A stretch of DNA of 64,000 nucleotides, from contig CAVSZB010000008.1 in NCBI GenBank assembly GCA_963732385.1, positions 352,001 through 416,000 on the forward strand, in the 5' to 3' direction. Below, piece after piece: positions 38,739 through 48,467 of this stretch. Under the pieces are notes generated by a model. The model was not told the DNA's origin. It saw only the letters and a program-made list of their open reading frames with translations, and did no database searches. Source of the stretch: an uncultured bacterium (GTDB taxonomy: Bacteria > Krumholzibacteriota > Krumholzibacteriia > LZORAL124-64-63). The first letter of the stretch is position 1. Each line of letters opens with the position of its first letter. The translations under genes were made by a program, and so were the position numbers.

Positions 38739-38758
38739 GCGCCCGGCCGGCACTGTGC

Positions 38759-38796
38759 GACGGCGGTGATCGCTCCCCCGAGCGGTCACCGCTGTC
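38759..38796 (+). terminator. Strong stem-loop after the major pilin (terminator or mRNA stabiliser; no U-tract)
   Basis: GACGGCGGTGATCGCTC-CCCC-GAGCGGTCACCGCTGTC, a 17-bp stem with two G-U pairs. Confidence 0.55.
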
Positions 38797-38850
38797 AGCC
38801 TGCCCGGCACCGGGAAACCCAGCTCCGCACGACAGGAGCGGTTCGCGGCC

Positions 38851-40611
38851 ATGCCCAGGGACTCCTCGATCGTGACCGGGACCGACCGCGGTCCGGTCGG
38901 GCGGTTGACGCCGCTTGTGGCCGGGCTTGGCGCGGCCGCGCTTTATGCCGCGACCGTGGCGCCCGACCTGACCGCTGGCGACAGCGGTGAACTGGCCACG
39001 GCCGCCGCGGTCTGGGGTCTGGCGCATCCACCCGCTTATCCCCTCTGGACCGGACTGGCCCATCTCTGGATCCGACTGTTCGCGCCCGCCGGCTTCACCC
39101 CCGTGGCGGCCACGAATCTGCTGAGCGTTGCGTTGACGGCGCTGGCGATCGGCCTCGCGGCGGCGACGCTGCGTCGGCTGGCCGGCGACGCGCTCGCGGC
39201 GCTGGCGGCCGCCGCGGCCCTCGCCGCGACCGGACCGGTCTGGGCCGGCGCCGTGGTGACGGAGGTCTACGCGCTCCTGTTGCTGCTGGTCGTGGCGCTG
39301 GCCGCGACGCTGCTCGCCGCGCCGGCGCGGGAGGCGGGACCGGGCCGCCTCTGTGCCGCCGGAGCGCTGGCGGGACTCGCCGTGACGGCGCACCATCTGG
39401 CCCTGCTGCCCTTGCTGGTGGCCGTGCCCTGGTTCGTGCGCGCGGCACGCACGCCACGCCGTGCCGCCTGGCTGGCGTTGGGCGGCGTGATCGGCCTGCT
39501 GCCGCTGCTGCTCGTGCCGCTGCGCGCGGCGGCCAGCCCCGACCTGCGCTGGGGATGGCACGATCCCTCCGATCTCGGGGGCTACTTCGGCCGCGCGATC
39601 TACGGCCGTCCCGCCGCCGCGTGGCAGGCGTGGCCGGTTCGGGTGTGGCGACTGGCCGGGTTGCTCGTTGCCGGTGCCGGCGCGGCCGGGCTCGCGCTGG
39701 CGGTCGCAGGGTGGTGGACGGAGGCGCGTCGCCGCGGCGGCCGTCGCGGTGCGGCGCTCGCCGCGGCGGCGCTGCCGACGCTCGCTCTCCCCGCGCTTGC
39801 GGCGCTTGCTCCGTTCTCACCCGATGCCGACGGCGCCTCGCGCGTGGCGCCGTTCCTGATCGTGACGGCCCCCGCGCTCGCCGCCGGCTGGGCGTTCGCG
39901 TTCGCGGCGTGGGGGCGGCTGGTCCGGACGCGCGGCCGGGCCGCAGCGGTGTGGGGCAGCCTGCTGTTCCCGCTGGTCCTCGCCTGGACGCAGCGACCGT
40001 ACCACGATCACCGGTGCGAAACCGCCGCCCGACTTTACGCCGAGGATCTCCTGCGGGGCGTGCCGACCGGCGGCACCCTGCTGGTGGACGGTGACAACGA
40101 GGCGTTCCCCCTCCTGTACCTGCGGGTGGTGGAGGGACGGCGGCCCGATGTGGTCGTGCGGCACCGCCAGGGGTGCGTTTTCGCGGCCGGTCCCGACCTG
40201 TATCGCCTGCCGCCGCGGGAGCGGGAGGCTGCCGCCTGTGCCGGCGACGCGGAGCTGGCGGCGCGGGCCGCGGCGGGGCAGGCGATCCTCTGTCTGGCTC
40301 CGGGGGTGGCGCCGTCGGCGGACACCGCGGCCCGCTTCGAGAGCCGGGGGTTGCTGCGCTGTCTGCTCCCGGAGGGGACGACGGCGTTCGGCGCGGAGGT
40401 GCCGCTCGCGCAGCATCCCGACGGCGCCGGCGCCCGCTTCCTCGACTACCCGACCCGGCGACTGCTGCTCCCTTACGGCGTCGCGGCCTGGGCGAGGGCC
40501 GTGACGGCAGGCGACGGCGGCGCGGAGGCCGCCGCCCGGCTCGCGCTGGCGTCGCTCGGGCATGACGCGCCCGATGTGCGCGCCTGGCTCGCCGCCAACC
40601 GCTCCCGCTGA
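38851..40611 (+). CDS. DUF2723/TMEM260-like GT-C membrane glycosyltransferase
   Basis: YAATVAP...GDSGELA...LAHPPAYPLW, AVVTEVYAL, HHLALL, GDNEAFPLLYLRVVEGRRPDV. Confidence 0.85.
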   Translation: MPRDSSIVTGTDRGPVGRLTPLVAGLGAAALYAATVAPDLTAGDSGELATAAAVWGLAHPPAYPLWTGLAHLWIRLFAPAGFTPVAATNLLSVALTALAIGLAAATLRRLAGDALAALAAAAALAATGPVWAGAVVTEVYALLLLLVVALAATLLAAPAREAGPGRLCAAGALAGLAVTAHHLALLPLLVAVPWFVRAARTPRRAAWLALGGVIGLLPLLLVPLRAAASPDLRWGWHDPSDLGGYFGRAIYGRPAAAWQAWPVRVWRLAGLLVAGAGAAGLALAVAGWWTEARRRGGRRGAALAAAALPTLALPALAALAPFSPDADGASRVAPFLIVTAPALAAGWAFAFAAWGRLVRTRGRAAAVWGSLLFPLVLAWTQRPYHDHRCETAARLYAEDLLRGVPTGGTLLVDGDNEAFPLLYLRVVEGRRPDVVVRHRQGCVFAAGPDLYRLPPREREAAACAGDAELAARAAAGQAILCLAPGVAPSADTAARFESRGLLRCLLPEGTTAFGAEVPLAQHPDGAGARFLDYPTRRLLLPYGVAAWARAVTAGDGGAEAAARLALASLGHDAPDVRAWLAANRSR

Positions 40612-40656
40612 CCGGGCCTCGCCGCCCGCCGTCGGCCCAAACGCCGCATCCGGGGC

Positions 40657-40685
40657 TTGCTTCAGGCTCTCGCTTTGCCTACCAT
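40657..40685 (+). promoter_or_regulatory. Sigma-70-like promoter for the ABC operon
   Basis: TTGCTT-17 nt-TACCAT. Confidence 0.45.
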
Positions 40686-40770
40686 CCTGCCTTACCCCCG
40701 ACCTCCCCCGCGCTCCGCCGGTCGTGCCGGCGCCGCGGTGATTTCCCTTACACCAGGGAGCACCCGATCC

Positions 40771-41745
40771 ATGGCGCAGAGCGCGTTGTCCCTGCCGCCG
40801 CATGGCGCGTCGATCCTGAGCGTGCACGGCGTGTCCAAGTCGTATGGCAGCGTGGAGGCGGTCAGGGATATCTCGCTGGAGATTCCCCGCGGCAGCATCT
40901 ACGGCTTCCTCGGCCCGAACGGGGCCGGCAAGTCCACGACGATCCGCATCACGATGGGGATCCTCCTGCCGGATCGCGGCGAGGTGAAGTTCGCCGGTCG
41001 CCCGCTCGACTGGGCTGGCCGGGACCGCATCGGTTACCTGCCCGAGGAACGCGGCCTCTACCGGAAGATGAAGTGCGCCGATCAACTCGCATTCTTCGCC
41101 GAGCTCAAGGGCATGCCACGTCGCGAGGCGCTGACGCGCGCCGCGCTCTGGATGGACCGCATGGGTCTGGGCGACTGGAAGGGCCGCAAGATCGACGAGT
41201 TGTCGAAGGGCATGCAGCAGAAGGTGCAGTTCGCGGCCACCTTCCTTTTCGATCCCGACCTGGTCATTCTCGACGAGCCGTTCGCCGGTCTCGATCCCCT
41301 CAATATCGAGTTGCTGCGCGAGATCATCCTGGAGCAGAAGGCGCAGGGGCGGACGATCATCTTCTCGACGCATATGCTCGCGGAGGCGGAGAAGATCTGC
41401 GACCAGGTCTGCCTGATCGAAGGCGGGGAGAAGATCCTCGACGGTACGCTCGACGAGGTGCGGGGGCAATTCGCGCAGAAGTCCATACGCGTGGCTTACG
41501 AGGGGGGCGGGGAGCCGCCGCCTGACCTGCCCGGCGTGGCTCTGCGGCTGTTCGAGGAGGGCGTCTGGCGGCTCCTGCTCGAACCGGGCGTCGATCCCCA
41601 GCCGCTGCTGGATCGGTTGCGGGCGGCCGGGCGAATCTCCCTTTTCACGGCGAACCGTCCCACCCTCGGCGAGATCTTCCTCGCCGCGGTGACCGGGCGG
41701 CGGGCGATGGCCGGATCCGCGACAGCCGGAGGTGGCGTGCGATGA
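40771..41745 (+). CDS. ABC transporter ATP-binding protein (NatA/YhaQ-like)
   Basis: GPNGAGKST, GYLPEERGLY, LSKGMQQK, ILDEPF, FSTH. Confidence 0.93.
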   Translation: MAQSALSLPPHGASILSVHGVSKSYGSVEAVRDISLEIPRGSIYGFLGPNGAGKSTTIRITMGILLPDRGEVKFAGRPLDWAGRDRIGYLPEERGLYRKMKCADQLAFFAELKGMPRREALTRAALWMDRMGLGDWKGRKIDELSKGMQQKVQFAATFLFDPDLVILDEPFAGLDPLNIELLREIILEQKAQGRTIIFSTHMLAEAEKICDQVCLIEGGEKILDGTLDEVRGQFAQKSIRVAYEGGGEPPPDLPGVALRLFEEGVWRLLLEPGVDPQPLLDRLRAAGRISLFTANRPTLGEIFLAAVTGRRAMAGSATAGGGVR

Positions 41746-43013
41746 GAATCTGGGCGGTCATCCGGCGCGAGTATCTGGAGCGGGTACGCACCAAGGGTTT
41801 CATTATCGGGACCGTGCTGGGCCCCCTGCTCATGTCGGCCGTTGTCGTCGTGCCGGCGCTCGTGGCCGGCTCCCGGATCGGCGAGCAGCGCACGGTGGGT
41901 GTCATCGATGCCTCGGGTTCGGTTCTCGAGCCGCTACGCGCCCGTCTCGCCGACAGAGGCAAGGAGAAGGGCCGTGATGCGAGCCGGTACACGCTCATGC
42001 CGGTCAGCCTCGACGGGCGCACGTTCGACATCGGCGTGGCGGAATTGAAGCGGATGGTGCAGGAGGAGTCGGTGCACAGCGGGCTGGTCATCGCCGCCGA
42101 TTTCCGCACCAGCCGGTCGGTCACGTTCTACGTCAAGTCGGTCGCCGCGATGGGCGTCAAGGACGACCTGCGCCCCGCCCTCAACGAGGTGCTGCGCGCG
42201 GGCCGCTTCCAGGAGAAGGGCATCCCCGAGGAGTTGCGGGACTACCTGGCGGCGGGAAGCGAGTGGACCACGCTGAACATCGGCGGCGAGGGGCAGGAAT
42301 CGCGCGCCGGAGACGAATCGGCCTTCGCGGTCGCGATCATCCTCATCATGATGATCTACATGATGGTGCTGATGTACGGCGCGCACACCCTGCAGGCGGT
42401 GATCGAGGAGAAGAGCAACCGTGTCGTGGAAGTGCTGTTGTCGAGTATGTCGCCCGGCAGCCTGATGCTCGGCAAGGTGCTGGGCATCGGCGCCGCCGGT
42501 CTGACGCAGACCGCCATCTGGACAGCCGCCTTCTTCGTGGTTTCCCAGCAGGGGGTGAGCATCGGCAGCTTCAAGCTCGACACTTCGTTCCTGACGCCGA
42601 TCATCTGGATCTCGTTCCTGATGTACTTCCTGCTCGGTTTTTTCCTCTATGCACTGCTGTATGCCGGCGTGGGCGCCATGTGCAACACCATCCAGGATTC
42701 GCAGCAGTTCAATTTCCCGCTGATGATGGGGCTTGTACTGCCGATGCTGCTGCTCTCGCTGGTGGTGGAGGCGCCCGACTCGCCGCTCTCGATCGGACTC
42801 AGCCTGTTTCCGCTCTTTGCCCCGGTGCTGATGTTCATGCGGGTCTGCCTGCAGACCCCGCCGGTCTGGCAGATCGGCCTCTCCTGGCTGCTGCTGCTGC
42901 TGTCGATCTGGCTTGCCGCCCGGGCGGCAGGCAAGCTGTTCCGCCTCGGCGTGCTTATGTATGGCGCCTCGCCCACCTGGGCGACGCTGGTGCGGGCCCT
43001 GCGCCAGCCCTGA
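41742..43013 (+). CDS. ABC-2 type permease (NatB/YhaP-like)
   Basis: REYLERVRTKGF, IEEKSNRVVEVLLSS, LMLGKVLG, multiple TM helices. Confidence 0.92.
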   Translation: MRIWAVIRREYLERVRTKGFIIGTVLGPLLMSAVVVVPALVAGSRIGEQRTVGVIDASGSVLEPLRARLADRGKEKGRDASRYTLMPVSLDGRTFDIGVAELKRMVQEESVHSGLVIAADFRTSRSVTFYVKSVAAMGVKDDLRPALNEVLRAGRFQEKGIPEELRDYLAAGSEWTTLNIGGEGQESRAGDESAFAVAIILIMMIYMMVLMYGAHTLQAVIEEKSNRVVEVLLSSMSPGSLMLGKVLGIGAAGLTQTAIWTAAFFVVSQQGVSIGSFKLDTSFLTPIIWISFLMYFLLGFFLYALLYAGVGAMCNTIQDSQQFNFPLMMGLVLPMLLLSLVVEAPDSPLSIGLSLFPLFAPVLMFMRVCLQTPPVWQIGLSWLLLLLSIWLAARAAGKLFRLGVLMYGASPTWATLVRALRQP

Positions 43014-43031
43014 ACGGGCGCCAGACGCTCC

Positions 43032-43068
43032 ACAGGCGCCTCCGTCGCGGACGGGGGCGCCTGTTTTT
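43032..43068 (+). terminator. Rho-independent terminator
   Basis: ACAGGCGCCTCCGTC-GCG-GACGGGGGCGCCTGT followed by a T-run. Confidence 0.8.
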
Positions 43069-43083
43069 GTATTTATATTTTTA

Positions 43084-43092
43084 TGCTATAAT
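43084..43092 (+). promoter_or_regulatory. Extended -10 promoter TGcTATAAT in an AT-rich intergenic patch
   Basis: Perfect TGnTATAAT ~80 nt upstream of ATG 43172. Confidence 0.55.
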
Positions 43093-43171
43093 TATCGAAA
43101 TGGAAATGGCTGTACGCCGCCAGTCAATGCTTGCTATATGGAGACAAATGATATTGGGTATCTTGATGAAC

Positions 43172-43927
43172 ATGCGTCGTCCCGCCCCTCTTCGCAACCC
43201 ATGGCTCCTGGTCGCCCTGGCGGCGGCTTGTGCCCTGGCCACGGGGGCCCGGGCCGGCACACTTTCGGCGACCTCCGGCGCCGGGACGCTCGACAGCTGT
43301 TCTCCGGTCGTCGTGATCGAAGCCCCGGCCGGAGGTGAGGCCTTCACGGCGGCTGCCGTGGAGACCCTGCGCTGGCGCATCGTGGAGGATCTGTACGCCG
43401 CGGGCAGTCGTCCGGTGCGCGTCGAGTTGTGGGACGAGGCGGCCGTGGTCTGGGCCGACAGTGTGACGGCCCCGGTCGACGGCGCCGGCCAGCTGGCCTG
43501 GACCGTGCCTGATCTGCAGCTGCCGCGGGCGCGGCTGATCATCAGCGCGGTGGACGCTTTCGGTTTCGTCGGCGCTGACACCAGCGCCGTGTTCGCGGTG
43601 CACAACAGCCTGACTGACGTGCACGGCGCCAAGCCGCCCGCGCGCGACCTGCTCGCTCCGAACGTGCCCAACCCCTTCAATCCGCGCACAACGCTGCGGT
43701 TCGAATTGACCGCGGACGCGACGGTCGAACTGGCGGTCTTCGACGTGTCAGGTCGGCGAATCGCCACGCTCGCCTCCGGACACCGGGCTGCCGGACGCCA
43801 TGAGGCCGTGTGGCAGGGACGCGATGATGATGGTCGGTCGGTGCCGAGCGGCGTCTATCTCGCGCGTCTGCGCGTGGACGGTTCCCAGCGCGGTAACTAC
43901 GCCGTGCGCATGACCATGCTCAAATAG
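43172..43927 (+). CDS. Small secreted protein: one Ig-like domain plus FlgD-Ig (T9SS-like) C-terminal domain
   Basis: Signal peptide ending ARA|G; PVVVIEAPAGGE Ig domain; NVPNPFNPRT...VFDVSGRRIATL...WQGRDDDGRSVPSGVY...RMTMLK. Confidence 0.82.
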   Translation: MRRPAPLRNPWLLVALAAACALATGARAGTLSATSGAGTLDSCSPVVVIEAPAGGEAFTAAAVETLRWRIVEDLYAAGSRPVRVELWDEAAVVWADSVTAPVDGAGQLAWTVPDLQLPRARLIISAVDAFGFVGADTSAVFAVHNSLTDVHGAKPPARDLLAPNVPNPFNPRTTLRFELTADATVELAVFDVSGRRIATLASGHRAAGRHEAVWQGRDDDGRSVPSGVYLARLRVDGSQRGNYAVRMTMLK

Positions 43928-45997
43928 ATGGAGCGTCGCATGCCGTTCGATCCTCGCGTCCTCCGCCGTCGTGTCGCCTGCGTCCTGGCCGGTGTCGTCC
44001 TGGCCGGCGGCCTCGCCGGCGCCGACCGCCCCGGGCCGGACAGCGCCGCTGCCCTGCGCACTCTCGCGGCCGGCCTGGCGGCACGCCAGGAGGCATTCCG
44101 GACGCCGCTCTACCGCGAATTGCTCGCCGCCACCGACGGCCCCCAGGGGCGCCTCAACGCGGATCCGTCCCTGCGCCTGATGGGCGTGGATGAACGCGGG
44201 CGGCCCCGTTTCTACCAGACCCACAATCTGAACGCCGCGCGCACGCTCCAGGTGGACCGGCTCTGGCCGGGCGGCGCGAGCGGTCTCGCCCTTACCGGCG
44301 CCAACACCCCGGGGCAGCTGGCCCTCTGGGACGGGGGCGGGGTGCTGGTCGGGCATCAGGAGTTCGGCGGGCGGGTCGTGCAGATGGACAGTCCGTCGGT
44401 CACGAACTTCCACTCCACGCACGTGGCCGGCACGCTCGTGGCGGCGGGGGTCAATCCACTGGCGCGCGGCATGTCGCCCGGCGCTTCACTGCAGGCGTGG
44501 GAGTGGACTGACGACGAGGCGGAAATGGCCGCCGCCGCCGCCGTCGGCCTGCTGGTTTCCAATCACAGCTACGGCTTCGTGGCCGGCTGGTACCGCGACC
44601 CCAGCGGCGCCTACTACTGGTACGGCGACGTGACGGTCGATCCCGACGAGGACCCCGGTTTCGGTTTCTACGGTGACGACGCCCAGGCGTGGGACCAGAT
44701 CGCGGTGGCGGCCCCGCATTATCTCATGGTGATGTCGGCGGGCAATGACCGTGACGACACCGGTCCCGCGGCCGGGGTCACCTATTCCTACTGGAACCCC
44801 GCCACCGGCAGTTGGGCCCAATCCACGGTGCCGCGGGCAGCCGACGGCGGCGCCACCGGTTTCGACACGCTGCCGTATCGCGCGGTCTGCAAGAACGGGC
44901 TGACCATCGGGGCGGTTGCCGATATTCCCGCCGGCTATGTCGTTCCCACCGATGTGATCATGACCGCGTTCAGCGGCTGGGGCCCGAGCGACGACGGGCG
45001 CATCAAGCCCGATCTGGTGGCCAACGGTGTCGGCCTCACCAGCGCTGTCAACACCTCGAACTCGTCCTACGGCAACTACAGTGGTACGTCGATGGCCTCG
45101 CCCAACGCAGCCGGCGCGCTGCACCTGCTCGCCCGGCTATGGCAGGAGAGGCACGCGGGCGCCCCGGCGCGCGCCGCCACGCTCAAGGCGATCGCGATCC
45201 ACACGGCCGACGAGGCCGGCCCGGCCGCCGGCCCCGACTACATGTTCGGCTGGGGCCTGCTGAACGTACGAGCGGCGGCCGAACTGATCGTCGACACGAC
45301 CGCCGACTCGCTGCGGGTCCTGCAACGGGTGCTGGCCGACGGCGCTTGCGACACGCTGCTGCTGCAGACCGCCGGAGCCGGGCCGCTCGTGGCCACGCTT
45401 TCCTGGACCGACCCCGCCGCCACGCCGCCGGCCTGGTCGCTCGATCCCCCCGCCCCGCTGCTCCGACACGACCTCGACCTGCGACTCGAACCGGTAGCGG
45501 GCGGCGCACCGACCCTGCCGTACGTCCTCGATCCCGCCCACCCCGCGGTGCCTGCCGTTCAGGGCGACAACGTCCGCGACAATGTCGAACAGCTCCGTCT
45601 CTCCGCTCCGCCGGTCGACATCTGGCGCATCATCGTTTCTCACAAGGGGCACCTCGACGCGCCGCAGGCGTGGTCGCTCGTGCTGTCGGGCTTCGCGCCC
45701 ATACCGGAGCCGAGTGTCGACAACGTGAGCTTCGCCCAGCGACGCGACGGCAGCGGCCTCGTCGACATCACCTACGATCTGACGGCCCCCGCGGGCTCTG
45801 CCGTGACCGTCACCCTCGCGGCCTCCGCTGATGGTGGCGCCACCTGGGACCTCGACGTGTCGGCCGCGCAGGGGGACGTCGGAGTGGGGGTGGCTCCAGG
45901 TGCCGGAAGGCGGATCGTGTGGAACTTCGCCGCGGCGAACCCGGGGCGTTTCGGCACGGACTTCCGCGTGCGAATCTCGGCCGTCATCGTACCCTGA
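43928..45997 (+). CDS. S8 (subtilisin-like) serine peptidase with a C-terminal Ig-like domain
   Basis: Triad motifs LALWDGG, HSTHVAGT, SGTSMASP; SAGND; DGRIKPDLVANG; signal peptide; alternative start 43940. Confidence 0.92.
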   Translation: MERRMPFDPRVLRRRVACVLAGVVLAGGLAGADRPGPDSAAALRTLAAGLAARQEAFRTPLYRELLAATDGPQGRLNADPSLRLMGVDERGRPRFYQTHNLNAARTLQVDRLWPGGASGLALTGANTPGQLALWDGGGVLVGHQEFGGRVVQMDSPSVTNFHSTHVAGTLVAAGVNPLARGMSPGASLQAWEWTDDEAEMAAAAAVGLLVSNHSYGFVAGWYRDPSGAYYWYGDVTVDPDEDPGFGFYGDDAQAWDQIAVAAPHYLMVMSAGNDRDDTGPAAGVTYSYWNPATGSWAQSTVPRAADGGATGFDTLPYRAVCKNGLTIGAVADIPAGYVVPTDVIMTAFSGWGPSDDGRIKPDLVANGVGLTSAVNTSNSSYGNYSGTSMASPNAAGALHLLARLWQERHAGAPARAATLKAIAIHTADEAGPAAGPDYMFGWGLLNVRAAAELIVDTTADSLRVLQRVLADGACDTLLLQTAGAGPLVATLSWTDPAATPPAWSLDPPAPLLRHDLDLRLEPVAGGAPTLPYVLDPAHPAVPAVQGDNVRDNVEQLRLSAPPVDIWRIIVSHKGHLDAPQAWSLVLSGFAPIPEPSVDNVSFAQRRDGSGLVDITYDLTAPAGSAVTVTLAASADGGATWDLDVSAAQGDVGVGVAPGAGRRIVWNFAAANPGRFGTDFRVRISAVIVP

Positions 45998-46169
45998 CGA
46001 CGCGGCGCTCCGCCGTTTTCCGCCGGCCGCGGTCATTGCCGCGCGTACTCTCCTTGACTTGGTCCTCGCGCCTCATAACGTTGCCGGCGCGCCCCCACGG
46101 CCATCCGACCATGACCTCTCACCCGCGGCCGTGACGACCCCGGGGACGCGTCCAGTGCAAGGAGACATC

Positions 46170-47713
46170 ATGGCGGTCAGGCGACGTTTCGAGGATCTCG
46201 ACGCGCGGCGCGCGGAGCTCCAGTCCGGCGGTGGGGCGGAGAAGATCGGGCGCCAGCACGAGCAGGGGAAACTGACGGCGCGCGAGCGTCTGGGTGTGCT
46301 GTTCGACGAGGACACTTTCGTCGAGTTCGGTCTCTGGGTGAAGCACCGTTGTCCCGATCTGGCCGGCCGGGAATTCCCCGCCGATGGCGTGGTGACCGGC
46401 AAGGGCGAGGTCATGGGGCGGCCCGTGTTCGCCTTCTCGCAGGACTTCACCGTGGGCGGCGGCGCGGTCGGCGAGCAGCACGCGGCGAAGATCGTCGAGA
46501 TGCTCGCCACGGCGCTCAAGTGCGGCGTGCCCGTGGTCGGCTTCAACGACGGTGGCGGGGCGCGGATCCAGGAGGGCGTCAACGCACTCTCCGCCTACGG
46601 GAAGATCTTCTACCACAACATGCTCATCTCGGGCGTGGTGCCGCAGATCTCGGTGGTCGCCGGGCCGTGCGCCGGCGGTGCCGCCTACTCGCCGGCCCTG
46701 ACCGACTTCATCATCATGGTCGAGCGCACGGCGCACATGTTCATCGCCGGGCCCGAGGTGATCCGCGCCGCCACGGGCGAGGTCATCAGCGAGGAGGATC
46801 TCGGCGGCGCGCGCGCGCATGCGGCCATCGCCGGCAACATTCACTTCACGGCGGCGGACGAAGAGGAGGCGGTGGCGATCGTGAAGGCGCTGCTGGGCTA
46901 CCTGCCGCAGAACAACATGGAGACGCCGCCCTCGCGCCCGTTCGACGGCACCGTGGTGGACGACGAGGCCCTGGACTGGATCATTCCCGAGGATCCTCGC
47001 GCGCGCCTACGATGTGAAGGAGGTCATCACCCGCCTGGTGGACGACGGCGTGTTCCTCGAGGTTCAGAAGGACTTCGCGGCGAACCTGGTGGTCGGTTTC
47101 GCCCACCTCGGCGGGCTCGCCGTCGGCATCGTCGCCAATCAGCCGCAGGTGATGGCCGGCGTGCTCGACATCAACGCCGCCGACAAGGGGGCGCGGTTCA
47201 TCCGCACCTGCAACATCTACAACATCCCGCTGATCACGCTCGTGGACGTGCCGGGGTTCCTGCCCGGCGTCGCGCAGGAGCACGGCGGCATCATCCGCCA
47301 CGGCGCGAAGATGCTCTTCTCCTATTCGGCGGCGACGGTGCCGAAGCTGACCGTCATCCTGCGCAAGGCCTACGGCGGCGCCTTCCTGGCCATGTGCTCC
47401 AAGGACGTGGGCGCGGAGAGCGTGCTGGCCTGGCCGACCGCCGAGATCGCGGTCATGGGGCCGGAGGGGGCGGCGCGGGTGCTCTATCGCAAGGAGATCA
47501 GGGAGGCGGCGGATCCCGCCGCGCTGCTCCAGGAGAAGATCGCCGAGTACCGTGCAGCAGCACGCCAATCCGTTCCACGCGGCGGAGGCGCTGCACATCG
47601 ACGACATCATCCGCCCCTCGTGGACCCGGCGCCTGCTGATCGAGCGCCTGGGTCTGCTGCGCACCAAGCGCGACCTGCGTCCGCAGAAGAAGCACGGGAA
47701 CATACCGCTATGA
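46170..47713 (+). CDS. mmdA: Acyl-CoA carboxyltransferase / methylmalonyl-CoA decarboxylase alpha subunit (+1 frameshifts near 47005 and 47553)
   Basis: [60 protein letters not shown]; restored C-terminus [17 protein letters not shown]. Confidence 0.85.
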
Positions 47714-48026
47714 TGGCTCAACAATCGATCCTGGCTCGTCGCTCTGTCAGCCTTCGCGCTCGTTATTCGCGGCGTTGGGCCTGCTGGCGCTGCTGCTGTT
47801 CGCCCTGCGCGCGCTGGCCGTGCGCACGGCGCGCAGCGCGACTGCGGTGCCGGACGCCGAGTTCGATCCGGAAATTCTCGCGGTTCTGGCCGCCGCCGCC
47901 TACGCGGTGCTCGGCGCGCCGGTCCGCATCCACCGCGTCCACGTCCACGGCGAACCGGCCGGCCAGGCCTGGGAGCGCGCGGGACGCATGGACATCATGG
48001 TCTCCCACCGGGTGGGTCCGAAATGA
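47710..48026 (+). CDS. Decarboxylase membrane anchor subunit (OadG/MmdD-like; two apparent +1 frameshifts near 47731 and 47765)
   Basis: Restored N-terminal [12 protein letters not shown] and AWERAGR motifs; lies between alpha and the biotin carrier. Confidence 0.7.
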
Positions 48027-48466
48027 AGAAACTGCGCCTGACGATGAACGGGAAGATCTACGAGGTGACGGTGGAAGTGCTCGAGGACGACGAGCAGTAT
48101 GTCACCGGCGCCAACCTGCCCTCGTCCCTGCCGACGGCGCCGGGCCGCTCGCGCGGGCGGAAGACCGAGCAGGCAGCCGAGCCGGCGCCGACCGGCTCGG
48201 TCGCCAGGCGCCGCGCGCCCGCCGGTGCGCCAGCCGGCATCGATCCCAACAACATCCTGGCGCCGATCGCCGGCACCGTGCAGAAGGTGTTCGTGCAGAC
48301 GGGTGCCACGGTCGAGGAGAAGACCCCGGTCATCATGCTCGACGCCATGAAGATGGACACCTACATCTACGCTCCGCGCAGCGGACTCGTGGCGGAGGTC
48401 TGCGTGGCGCCCGGCGACACCGTGCAGGTCGGCACGGTGCTGATCCGTTACCGGACGGAGGGCTGA
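48023..48466 (+). CDS. mmdC: Biotin carboxyl carrier subunit of the decarboxylase
   Basis: [17 protein letters not shown], Pro/Ala linker, APIAGTV, LDAMKM biotinylation site, GDTVQVG. Confidence 0.88.
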   Translation: MKKLRLTMNGKIYEVTVEVLEDDEQYVTGANLPSSLPTAPGRSRGRKTEQAAEPAPTGSVARRRAPAGAPAGIDPNNILAPIAGTVQKVFVQTGATVEEKTPVIMLDAMKMDTYIYAPRSGLVAEVCVAPGDTVQVGTVLIRYRTEG

Positions 48467-48467
48467 C

